From: Rhina ancylostomus
Lineage: Eukaryota
Assembly: GCA_030265395.1 (NCBI GenBank)
Contig: JARFYF010000057.1
Span: forward strand, 11,447,444 to 11,511,443
Reading direction: 5' to 3'
DNA: 64,000 bases
Position 1 is the stretch's first letter, and each line of letters begins with the position of its first letter. This document shows positions 28,086-39,468 of the stretch, piece after piece. A program made the translations under genes and the position numbers. The notes beneath the pieces were generated by a model that was given only the letters and a program-made list of their open reading frames with translations, was not told the DNA's origin and made no database searches.

Positions 28086-29524
28086 CTCTGTGAAACAGTG
28101 CAAGTAAGTGCACTAATTCTAAGTTTAAAACGTTCAGAAGTGAAACATCAATTGAAAAAAAACTTGTGTAATCAAACTGTTCACTGATTTCATTTTCAAA
28201 GCCACAGTCTATTCAAAATCAGAGTTCCTCAGTGGTAGATGAAGAGCTGACAAAAGTTCTTTCCTACCCACATAAATGTAACAAATTGTTAAACTGTGGT
28301 TACTGTTTTGTCACTTTTGTTAAGATGTTCAAAATAATCGCTTCACCTTAGTGATACTCAGTAAATAAACCATTAGGTGTCAGAGTGCTTTTTACATATC
28401 ACTCTTCTTTCCTTAATTACTTTTATCTAGATCAATAAGGGCACTGAGTTGCATGGGAACAAAGAAACCAGAACCAACACAGGAAGTGTTTTATTTAATT
28501 CACCATAAGATAACAAAGGAACAAGCAGCCCAATATGCTTAAAATAAAGCAGCAAAACAGGAGAATAGTGCATTATGTGCCAGCTACCTTTTAAAAACTT
28601 CTTTTGGAGGTACTTCTGTCTATTTGCTAAAATTGGCAGCAACAAAAAAGAAACTTATAGACACTTCAGGAACCTTACACTAAGAATATCATCCCTAGCA
28701 CTCTAAACCCTGAAATGCTCATTGGTTGAAAAAATTTTCATCTCCATTTAAGAAGGTTCTGTTCAAACCAGGTTAAAAGGACAAGAATGTAATATTTGGA
28801 TGTGAATCAAACATCGATGAAAGTACAATACAGTGTTTGTGGTAAAAGTTCTTTGTCATGAATATTTAATCTCTGCTCAACCTGATGCAGCAGTGATAGA
28901 AGTTTAAGATATTGTGAGGTGCCAATCTACACCAATTTATATCTGTTGGAGTGCATAGTTCACTTTGGTAGCTTTTGAAAAATGTCTGTAATTTGGGGCA
29001 GAGTCCAGAAAGACATTACTCATTTCCTGTATGCCCATATCTGATTCATACAAAATTACACAAAAATGACTGGTAATGCATTTGTATTAAAATAGATCTC
29101 AACATCCTCCAGTTGCTTAACTTTGTGCATAATTTGTGCTTAATGAAGTCTCTTATCTAGTCTTTATCACAATAAGTAAGGTATAATGGTTCAATTATTC
29201 GAAATCCAGAAATCTGTACTGTTCCAATCCCATCATGCCAGATGAGGAACTTAAATGTAGCCAATGATTATTTAAGTCAGTCAGAATCTACAATTTGAGA
29301 AATGATATTCTCAATGAGGGTGAATTGAATCTACAATATTGCCATAAAAAACTCATTCAGATTATTAAAGTTAAGGAGGAAGTCAGCCAACAACAATTAT
29401 TCTGTCTTAAAATTACTACAGCATAGAAGGAGGCCATTTCAGAATCAGGTTTATTATCACTGTCTTATATGACATGAAATTTGCCCATCAAGTCTGTGAC
29501 AGCTCTTTGTAGAGCACACCAGTC

Positions 29525-32500
29525 ATAAGAACATAAGAAATAGGAGCAGGAGTAGACCATCTAGCCTACTCTGCCATTCAATAAGATCATGGATCATCTG
29601 GCTGTGGACTCAGATCCACCTACATGCCTTTCCCCCATAACCCTTAATTCCCCAACTATGCAAAAATCTAACTGTGTCTTCAATATATTTAATGAGGTAG
29701 CCTCTACTGCTTCCCTGGGCAGAGAATTCCATAGATTCACTACTCTCTGGGAACAGCAGTTTCTCCTCATCTCCATCCTAAATCTATTCCCCCAAATCTT
29801 GAGGTTATGTCCTCTAGTTCTAGTCTCACCTACCAGTGGAAAGAACCTTCCTGCCTCTATCTTACCTATCCCTTTTATAATATGTTTCTATAAGATCCCC
29901 TTTCATTTTTCTGAATTCTAGCGAGTATAGTTCCAGGTGACTCAATCTCTCCTCACAGACTAACCCCTCATCTCCAGAATCAACCTGGTGAACCTCCTCT
30001 GCACTGCCTCCAAAGCCAGTAAGCTAATTAGTCTATAGTTACCTGCCTTTTGTTACATCCTTTTTTAAATAGTGGCATGACATTCACTGTCTTCCAACCT
30101 GCTAGGACCTGTTCAGAGTCCAGAGAATTTTGGTAAACTATCACCGACATGTCTACTATAACTTCTGCTGTTTCTTTCAGTACCCGGGGATACATCCCAT
30201 CAGGACCAGGGGACTTGTCCACCTTTAGGCCCACTAGTTTGCTCATCACTACCTCTTTAGTGACAGTGATTGTATCAAGGTCCTCACCTCCCATCGCATC
30301 CATAACATCTCTCTTTGGCATGTTAGACATGTCCTCCACCGTGAAGACCAACACAAAATAATCATTTAGGCCTCAGCCATTTCCACATTACCCAATATTA
30401 ATCCCCTCTCCTCATCTTCCAAGGGACCTACGTTCACTTTATCCACCCTTTTCTGCTTTTTATATTTTGTGCTGGTTTACTTTTATAATCTATCTTCCCT
30501 TTCCTTATTGCTTGCTTAGTGGTTTTTTTTGTTTTTTTTTAAAGTCTTCCAGTTTCCCACTACTCTTGGTGACTTTACATGCATGAGATTTTAGCTTGAT
30601 GCCTTCTTTTATTTCCTTAGTTATCCAAGGCTGGCTCTCCCCACCCTTACTGTCCTTGTTTTTAACTGGAATATACTTTTGTTGAGCACTGTGAAAAATC
30701 TCTTTGAAAGTCTTCCACTGTTCCTTAACTGTCCCACCATATAGCCTGTGTTTCCAGTCTACGCTAGTCAACTCCTCCCTCGTCTCATTGTAGTCTCCCT
30801 TGTTTAGACATAATACACTGGTTTTAATCTAACTATTGCACCCTCCATTTGTATGAGAACTTCAATCATGCCATGACCACTCTTTCCAAGAGGATCCCTA
30901 ACTACTAGATCATTAATTTTACTTGTCTCATTGCACAGGACCAGATATAAGACAGCATTTTCCCTTGCAGCTTCACTAACATGCTGTTCAAGAAAGCTGT
31001 CGTGGAAGCGTTCTGTGAAGTCCTCCTCGAGACTGCCTTGACCAACTTGATTCACCCAATCTATGTGAAAGTTAAAGTCCCCCATGACAACTGCCATCCA
31101 TTCTTACATGTATCAAATATTTCTTGGTTTATTGCCTGTGCCACTGTAATGTTATTATTGGGTGGCCTATAGACAACTCCCACCAGTGATTTTTTTTCCC
31201 TTTACTATTCCTAATCTCTACCCAGATGGACTCAACATTCTGCTCCTNNNNNNNNNNNNNNNNNNNNNNNNNNNNNNNNNNNNNNNNNNNNNNNNNNNNN
31301 NNNNNNNNNNNNNNNNNNNNNNNNNNNNNNNNNNNNNNNNNNNNNNNAGTCTGTGTTTCTACTCTACGCTAGCCAACTCCTTCCTCATCCCGTTGTAGTC
31401 ACCCTTGTTTAGGCATAATACACTGGTTTTAAGTCAAACTATTGCACCCTCCATTTATATGATCACTCTTTCCAAGAGGATTCCTAACTACAAAATCATT
31501 AATTTTTACCTGCCTCATTGCACAGGACTAGATGAAAGATAGCATTTTCCCTTGTAGATTCACTAACATGCTGTTCACGAAAGCTATCAGGGATGTATTC
31601 TATGAAGTCCTCCTCNNNNNNNNNNATTCGCCCAATCTATGTGCAAGTTAAAGTCCCCCATGACAACTGCCATTTCATTCCTACATGCATCAAATATTTC
31701 TTGTTTTATTGCCTGTGCCACTGTAATGTTATTATTCAGTGGCCTATAGACAACTCCCATAAGTGATATTTTTCCCTTTACTGTTCCTAATCTCTATCCA
31801 GATGGACTCAATATTCTGTTCCTTGGATCTTGTATCGTCTCTCACTATTGCCTGGATCTCATCCTTAATTAAGAGCACTACCCCACCTATCCTTTCGTAT
31901 TACCTGATACCCTTGGATATTTAATTCCAACTCATTTCTACCCTGCAACCATGTTTCTGTAATGGCCACTAAATCATACCCCATTGTACTCATTTGTGTC
32001 ATAAGTTCACTGACTTTGTTTCAAATACTGCAGGCATTCAGAAAAGGTGCACTTAAGCTCATTATCCCTTTAGAATCTAGTAACCTTTTGTATCCTTTGC
32101 ATTTGACTTTTCTGTACTCCACTCTTTTATCTTTTATAACCTTTTTTAGATAGATATTTATTAGTCACATGTACATCGAAACACACAGTGCAATGAGTCT
32201 TTTTGCGTTTCTGAGAATGCGCTGGCGGCAGCCCACAAGTGATGCCACTCTTCTGGCGCCAACACAGCATGCCAACAACTCCTAACCTGTAGGTTTTTGG
32301 AATGTGGGAGGAAACCCATGCAAACATTGGATAATGTACAGGCTCCTTATAGACAGCAGCGGAACTAGACCCAGGTCGCTGGTGCCGTAATAGTGTCACA
32401 CTAACCACTACACTACCAATCCTGCCTTGCTCTGGTCTCTGTTTTGCTTCCCTCTGTCTTTCTGCATGGATTCCCATCCCTCCGTCATATTAGTTGCAAC

Positions 32501-33190
32501 TCTCCCCAAAAACACTAGCAAATAATCCCTCTAGGACATTGATCCCAATCCTGCCCAGGTGTAGACCATCTGATTTGTACTGATCTCACCTCCCCAAGAA
32601 CCAGTTCCAATACCCCAGGAATCTGAAACCCTCCCTCCTGCACCACTGCTCAAGCCACATATCCACCCTAACTATGCTGCAATTCCTATGCTGACTAGCA
32701 AGTGGCATAGGTAGTAATCCTGAGATTATTACCTTTGAGGTCCTACTTTTTAAAAGCTATATCCTAGCTCCCTAAATTCAGCTTGTAGGACCTCATCCTG
32801 CTTTTTTCCTTTATCATACCTANNNNNNNNNNNNNNNNNNNNNNNNNNNNNNNCCCTTCCAGAATGCCCTGCAGCCGCTCTGAGACATCCCTGACCCTTG
32901 CACCCAGGAGGCCACACACCAACCGGGAGTTCCGTTTGTGGCCACAGAAGCTCCTGTCTATTCCCTTTCCCGTGGGATTCCCTACCACTATAGCCTGCAA
33001 CTCTTTTTCCTGCCCTCCTGTGCAGCAGGGCAACTCACAGTGCCATGTTCCTGGCTCCTGCTGCCTTCCGCTGTTGAGCTATCTCCTCCAACAGTATCCA
33101 AAGCGGTATATCTGTTTTGGAGGGAGATGACCACAGGGGACTCCTGCACTAGCTTCCTGCTACTGCTCTGCCTGTTGGTCACCCATTCCC
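29525..33190 (-). mobile_element. Near-full-span CR1 LINE, internally deleted and interrupted: ORF1 esterase, endonuclease, tether, RT C-terminus and 3' tail
   Basis: ORF1: NRYTALDTVGG and AIVVG...GIDRSFCG...GARVRDVSERLQGIL; ORF2: VVMGDFNFHIDW, LKVDKSPGPDGMYPRVLKE, SQRVVNLWNSLPREAVEA; tail CATAAGAA repeated at 29525; most of the RT core is missing at ~30020. Confidence 0.92.
32148..32419 (-). mobile_element. V-SINE with 'gatgtacatgtgactaataaa' tail, inserted in the CR1
   Basis: Same family as the 35349 and 45448 copies; partly deleted V-domain. Confidence 0.8.
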
Positions 33191-33224
33191 TATCTTTCAA
33201 AAACAATTCTGTGTCATTCAAAAA

Positions 33225-33347
33225 CAAACTGCAAATGCTGGAAATCTAAAACAAAAACATAAAATGCTGGACTCAGCAGATGAGCCCACATCAGTGGGAA
33301 GAGAAACAGAGTCAACATTTCAAGTCACAGACCCTTCATTAGAACTG
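33225..33347 (-). mobile_element. Penelope-associated terminal repeat with mutated hammerhead-like motif
   Basis: - strand CAGTT-CTAATGA-AGGGTCTGTGACTT-GAAA-TGTT-GACT; an inverted partner lies at ~34310-34430. Confidence 0.55.
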
Positions 33348-35348
33348 AGATCCAGTTGTTCTCTTTCCCTGCTCTTTAACTATGGCTCTGCAAATTATTT
33401 TTCCTTAAGTATCCATTTAATTCCCTTTTTCAAATCCTATTGACTCAGTTTTCACCATATAGATAGATAGCAAGTTCTGGATCATAATCACTCTTTCTCC
33501 TGGCATCTTTTGTCCATTATTTTAAATCTGTGTTCCCTGGTCCTCAAATCATACATTAACTTTGAAAGTTTCTACCGCTTTTGCTTATCTAAACCTATTG
33601 TGAACTTATATATCACTAGTAAAACCCCTCTCATCCTTTGGTTGTCCAAGGAGAACAACCCCAGTTTCTACACTCTAAATTCATAACCGAAATTACTCTT
33701 CCCTGCAACCATTCTGGTAAATCTTTCTCCAGCACCTCTAAGATCTTCATACCATTTCAGAGAATAAACTGAATTGGATATAATGCTCCAGTGTGGCCTA
33801 AGTATTGTTTTCGAAAGCTTCAACATGTCTTCTTCTTTTTGCCTTTATCTGTGAAGCTCAGGATCCAATGTACTTTGTTGATCACCCTCTCAACATGTTC
33901 TGCTACTTCAAAAGATTTATACCCAACTTCCTGTTTTCCATTTTAAAGTAAAATTTTAACTATAATAAACCAACAATGCAGATTTCATCTTAGCGTATTT
34001 AAATCCTTGCCTTAATTTGGAAGGCCACAAATCAGCTGATATTCACTACCCAATAAGCTACATACTCTCAGATGATGTCACCCTAGATTTCCCTTCCACT
34101 TTTTTGGAAACCTGACATGTTGTTCCACTTTAATTTCTTAAGGCCTCTTCTGGTGTCTCCTTTACCTGTTAACTTGATTCCAGTTTGCCTGAAAAATTTA
34201 TCCCTGAATTCCCAAGGGTTAGTGGGGTTATTGCAATTCTTCAAGGAAGCTTTGAGAACAATCTTGAAATCTTTTTCAGCTATTAAAAAAAATTCAAAAA
34301 TGCCACATTCATCATGGTCTCCAACCTGAAATGTTAGCCCTGTTTCCCTTTTCCGCAGATTCTTCCTGACCCACTTATGTTTCCACCCTTTTGTATTTTA
34401 TTTTAGATTTCCAGCATCTGCATTGTATTGATTTTTATTTAATCTTTTTTTTCCCTGTCCATCTTGTAGTCTCCCGTAACAGAGCTCAGCATAGAGCATC
34501 TATTTCAGGGGTCTGGTGTCAGGCATGTAAATAACAAGGCACAGCCATAGAGATTAACTAGGGCCTGAATGCTGGGAACATTGGTCAAGGAATGAATGCT
34601 GAGATTGGTTAGGCATATCCTTCTGATGAATTTGGAAGATATAGTAGAGACATTGTTGGTGTTCCACCCCCACCACCTTGAGATGTCTGCTGTAGGTAGT
34701 CCAGGTCTATACAAGAGGAGAAAGATCATTGATACCCATAGACCAGAGCCAGGTCCAAGGAATGGATCTTCAAATACACCTTTTCTTCGATTGACTAATG
34801 GTCACGTTGGTTCTAGTGTGAGGCCCTAGTTATTCTCAGTCAGCTATGTTGGGCAGACTACATTCACATACCTGACACAGGCCTCCTGAAATACAGTCTA
34901 CTCCAAGCTCTGTTTTTGGGCAAGATTACCAGGCAGACAGAAAAATAGATTCAAGGATGTCCTCAAAGCTTCCTTAAAAACATGCAATATTGCGACTGAC
35001 TCCTCAGAAACTCAACCCCTGACCACTCAGTGGAAAAGGAGAATTCAGGGTGGTTNNNNNNNNNNNNNNNNNNNNNNNNNNNNNNNNNNNNNNNNNNNNN
35101 NNNNNNNNNNNNNNNNNNNNNNNNNNNNNNNNNNNNNNNNNNNNNNNNNNNNNNNATTTAAATACAATCAAGGGACTACCTAAAAAGAGGAAAAAGGAGT
35201 TAGTCTACTTTTGATAACTTTAAGTCTTTCATAAGATATATATTAAAAGAAAGTCACTTGCAGTAATAACAGTTGTGTAGTACTACCATTATGGAAATAT
35301 GATGAGTCCAGAATCAATCTGGCAACTCAGAACTGGGCATTCAGGGCA

Positions 35349-35645
35349 GGCACGGTAGTGTAGCATGGTTAGCGTAACACTTTTCAGCACCAGCAATCCT
35401 GGGTTCAATTCTGGCCACTGTCTGTCAGGAGTTTGTACATTCTCCCTGTGTCTGAATGGGTTTCCACCAGGTGCTCCGGTTTCCTCCCACATTCCAAAGG
35501 CGTACAGGTTAGGAAGTTGTGGGCATGCTATGTTGGTGCCAAAAGTGTGGCGACACTTGCAGGCTGCCCCCAGAACGCTCTACATAAAAGATGCATTTCA
35601 CTGTGTGTGTTGATGTACATGTAACTAATAAAGATATCATCTTAT
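35349..35645 (+). mobile_element. Full-length tRNA-derived V-SINE
   Basis: Box A-like GGTAGTGTAGCATGG, box B-like GGGTTCAATTC, V-domain 'ggagtttgtacattctccctgtgtctg...ggtgctccggtttcctcccac', AATAAA tail. Confidence 0.88.
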
Positions 35646-37019
35646 GAGGCACAGTGGGCACCAGAAATGCATTCCACTGTAATCAGTGGCATGACCAAAC
35701 ATACTGCCTTCAACAAGAGAGTAGCTAACCACCTACTCGCTAATAACGTGAAAAGCATTACCATTGCCAGGTCCCCACTATCAATAACCTGCAGTGACCA
35801 GAAACTTAACTGGACTAGTTACTTAAAAACAAGTGTCCATAGAAGCTGGGTATCATGTCTTTGCGACTCCTCAACATTTTTTCTAACATCCGTCTGAACA
35901 TTTCAGGGGTGAGATGGAATACTCTCCTTTTACCTGATTGAGTGTAGCTCCAGCAACACAGAATAAAGCAGCCATTTGATTAATCACAAGTGCACAATGT
36001 GTGTAGGGTGTACCATCTACAAAATGCATTGCAGCTGTTCACTCAGGTTTCTTTGATAACACCTTCAAATCCCATAATCTCTTCCACCAAAGAGAACAAA
36101 GGAGGTAGGTGCACGGGAACAACACCACCACCTCCTCCTGTAGAGACTTGCTTCAAGACAAGCCTGATGTGGAAATATATTGACCCTTCTTCATTATCAC
36201 TTGGTCTAGATTAAAACTGTTTGACTAACCAAAAGATTCTAGTCATTTATACACGATAGATGTGTTTTGGTAAATCTGCGATTAGCACCTGTGCTAGGGG
36301 TTAATTGAACTCCTCAGGTCACTGCCAAGGTAGGGTAGACTAGACGTTGAGGGTTAATTTAAATTCTCTTTATGCATTGGACAATTTAAAAAAAAGAAAA
36401 ATTGTAAAGGATTAAATTCGTGGAAATAGATGTGAGAAAGATTACGTGCAAGGGAAGTGAATAAGTAGAGACTCACAGGAATATTGCAGACGAACCGGGA
36501 TGGAGAATTAGTTTGTGCCGAATACTGGCATTTCTTACTGCGTTTATATTTTTTTGCAGAAAGAATGCTTTTAATTTAAAAAAAAGTGGGCTAAAGCTAG
36601 CTCAGACTATAGGTGTTCTATTTTCGTCTTTTTATAGTTTCCACCCAGTGCAGATATAGTGTGCGATTGGTGTGATAATGTTTATGCCACAAGTAATAAG
36701 ACATTTTAAAGGAGTTACAGATCATAAGGTATCATTAATAACTAAACAGTTGAACGGAAGAAACAAATCTCTGTACTAGTTGCAAAATGAATTTCGTACA
36801 TGTGCAGGAAAGGGGAAAATATGAAAGGCGTGGAACTTCTGCATTGTTTAAGTAAAAACGCTGCATAACAGCGAGGATTGTTTCACGGTTGAACTTTTAA
36901 AATCTAAGTGATGGGAGGCGTCTGTAGTTAATGGCATTTTCATATCTGGTTTCCTTTTAATAGGTTAATATCCTAATTTGATAATGCCTTCGCCAACTGC
37001 TCTTGTTGACAGAATCCCT

Positions 37020-37569
37020 GGGCGCCTCCCTCAATCTGTTGCGGTTTCTCGGGCAAGCGCCAAAATTTAAAAATCGCGCTTTCCCTCGCAGGACTGCTGC
37101 CCGCTGGCGCCGCCTCAGATGATTGACATTTAACTGCTGCCGGCTAGGCCAATCAGCGCTATTGGCGGGTAACAGGAGTGGCGCCGTGCCCCTGAACAAA
37201 GGGTACTGGCGTTTGTAGTCCACTGACTCCTGGCTCTTGCGGCACATGATATTAAAAATATACCATAAATGGAAAATAAACTTGGAATTATTTTATTTAT
37301 GAGTGTATCATCACATGCGCCGGTGGACGAAACTGTCTGCTAACCCCTGAAGAAATATTTAGGAAGGCGGGATTAGCGGGACTACAGTTCCCAGCAGGCA
37401 TTGTGTTTTCCCCAGCGAGGCCCACACGAGAGCGGCGCCATTTTCTAGTTCATTGAATAAAAGAGGTTTGGTGGCGGTGGGAGTTGCTGACCGGTACTCG
37501 TTCCAAGCTGTTATTGAGTAGGTAGTTACCGGTGATTTGTAAAGAGGGGAAAAAAAGAATTTTGTTGCT
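37020..37569 (+). promoter_or_regulatory. LMNB2 CpG-island promoter and 5'UTR
   Basis: GCGCC-N4-TTTAAA (CDE/CHR-like, 37057-37071), CCAAT 37149 and ATTGG 37161, E2F-like TTGGCGGG, ZNF143/THAP11 motif ACTACAGTTCCCAGCAGGC (37381-37399), YY1 CGCCATTTT (37436-37444). Confidence 0.8.
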
Positions 37570-37919
37570 ATGTCAACTACTCCGGCCCAGAAGCAGTCCC
37601 GGGCCAGTGGGGCCCAAACGCCCCTGAGCCCGACTCGGATCACCCGCATTCAAGAGAAGGAAGAGCTGAAGAACCTCAATGACCGCCTGGCAACCTACAT
37701 CGACAAAGTGCGCTCGTTGGAGTGCGAGAACAGTGTCCTGCAGCTGAAGATCTCCGAGAAGGAAGAGGTAACAACCCGGGAGCTGACCGGCATTAAGAAC
37801 ATCTACGAGACTGAGTTGGCGGACGCCAGGAGGCTGCTGGACGAGACGGCCCGGGAAAAGGCGAAGCTGCAGATTGAGCTGGGCAAGACCAAAACCGAGC
37901 TGGATGAGCTGAACAAAAA
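37570..37919 (+). CDS. LMNB2: Lamin B2 exon 1 (head, coil 1A, start of coil 1B)
   Basis: MSTTPAQKQ...[35 protein letters not shown] (CDK1 site and intermediate-filament LNDRLA motif); AA|gtaaag donor. Confidence 0.97.
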
Positions 37920-39158
37920 GTAAAGTTTTTCATTCGTTGTCAAGTTGGTCAGTTACTTGTAGAATTAACCGGCGTGTTCACGTTAAAAACGTAAATCCTT
38001 GAAACTATCGCACGGCGAGGGGGTGGGGTAGATACTAACCTGCCTTCATAGCTGTAGAAGCAGTTTAATTTCCTGTGTATGATTTAGGAATTTCTTCATT
38101 TATGTTTTCAATTGACATTTAAATATTTTGAAAATTAGCCTTTTTTTGAGAACTTCATTGTTGACTTTATTGCTTTACATGTGGGAACTACGGTTCCCAT
38201 AAGTCTTTTAACTGATCCCATAAGCGATCAGTCTTTTCTCCCAATCCTGACTTCTGTAGTAATATTCTACCAGTTGTGATATGGCTTGCAGCCGTTTCAC
38301 AAGCACTTGTTGATCTGCTTTTAACAACAATATTTGGTTAAGTGCATAATATTTTCTAATTTCCCTGTGTCTGTATAATGTCAGTGAGTGACAGATTTGC
38401 CTAATTGTCCTTAATGTTTGATAGCAACTTTGTCCATAAGGCAAATTGCTTTACCACTTAGCGATTTCATAGGTGATCTTCTATGAACTCAATTTTCCGC
38501 CTTTAACCATTTGGCTTTAATTTTCTGTGTATAAAACTCTCACCTCTGTTGTGGCTCGGCTAGTTGAGCGGCTGTAACCACCAGACGTAGAGATTTCCAA
38601 AGAATCTCTCCCCTCCCTCTCCCCTAATGCAGAAATTTTAGTGCAGAAATTTTCATCGCTTTAAGTGGCTGACCGTCCAGTCTAGAGTTTGCGATCCTTG
38701 GTTCTGTACTTTCCTAACAGGGAAAATTGCACTTTGTCAGTTACCTGACATTGTCATTTCTTAAATATCCGTGAGAATGCAGAAAGAGATGCAAGACATA
38801 ATTACTACAATGCTGATCTTAATTACTTTAAAACTTAGAAAAGTCGAACATTGAAAACTGAAGCACCTCTTTTTCCACTTAATATTTTCTGGTGGTGCAT
38901 AGTATCATACAACATACTCGAATTTTACAAATTGAAGAATTCTACTATGCAGTAGTAATACTATGGAATATTGGCAGACTTTCATGAGCACGCGACTAAG
39001 TAGATTCTGATAATTTATCTCTTTATCATTACGCTAGACTAAGACATGGTAAAATAATTGTCTTGTCATTGCAGTTAAGTTTATGGTATTTCTAACCACG
39101 TATTATTTCTGAGATTCCATTTTCATTTCCATTCTAATTATTAATCTTCCAGTCCATC

Positions 39159-39468
39159 TTACTACATCTATACACGCGCTCTTTCCCCCAACTATATCTA
39201 GATACTCACTTCACCCTCGCCATCACACACACACACACTATGTGGGGGGTCGCGAGGGTGAAGTGAGTATCTAGATATAGTTGGAGACAAAGTGCGTGTC
39301 TAGATGTNNNNNNNNNNNNNNNNNNNNNNNNNNNNNNNNNNNNNNNNNNNNNNNNNNNNNNNNNNNNNNNNNNNNNNNNNNNNNNNNNNNNNNNNNNNNN
39401 NNNNNNNGCGAGGGTGAAGTGAGTATCTAGATATAGTTGGAGAAAAAGTGCGTGTATAGATGTAGTAA
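39159..39468. repeat. ~61-bp near-perfect inverted repeat (MITE-like hairpin) spanning an assembly gap
   Basis: 39159-39220 is the reverse complement of 39408-39468; a partial extra right arm lies at 39252-39307. Confidence 0.85.

Noticed and set aside
36957-37649. Antisense ORFs over the LMNB2 promoter
   Set aside because: By-product of GC-rich promoter sequence; no recognisable protein similarity or exon structure.
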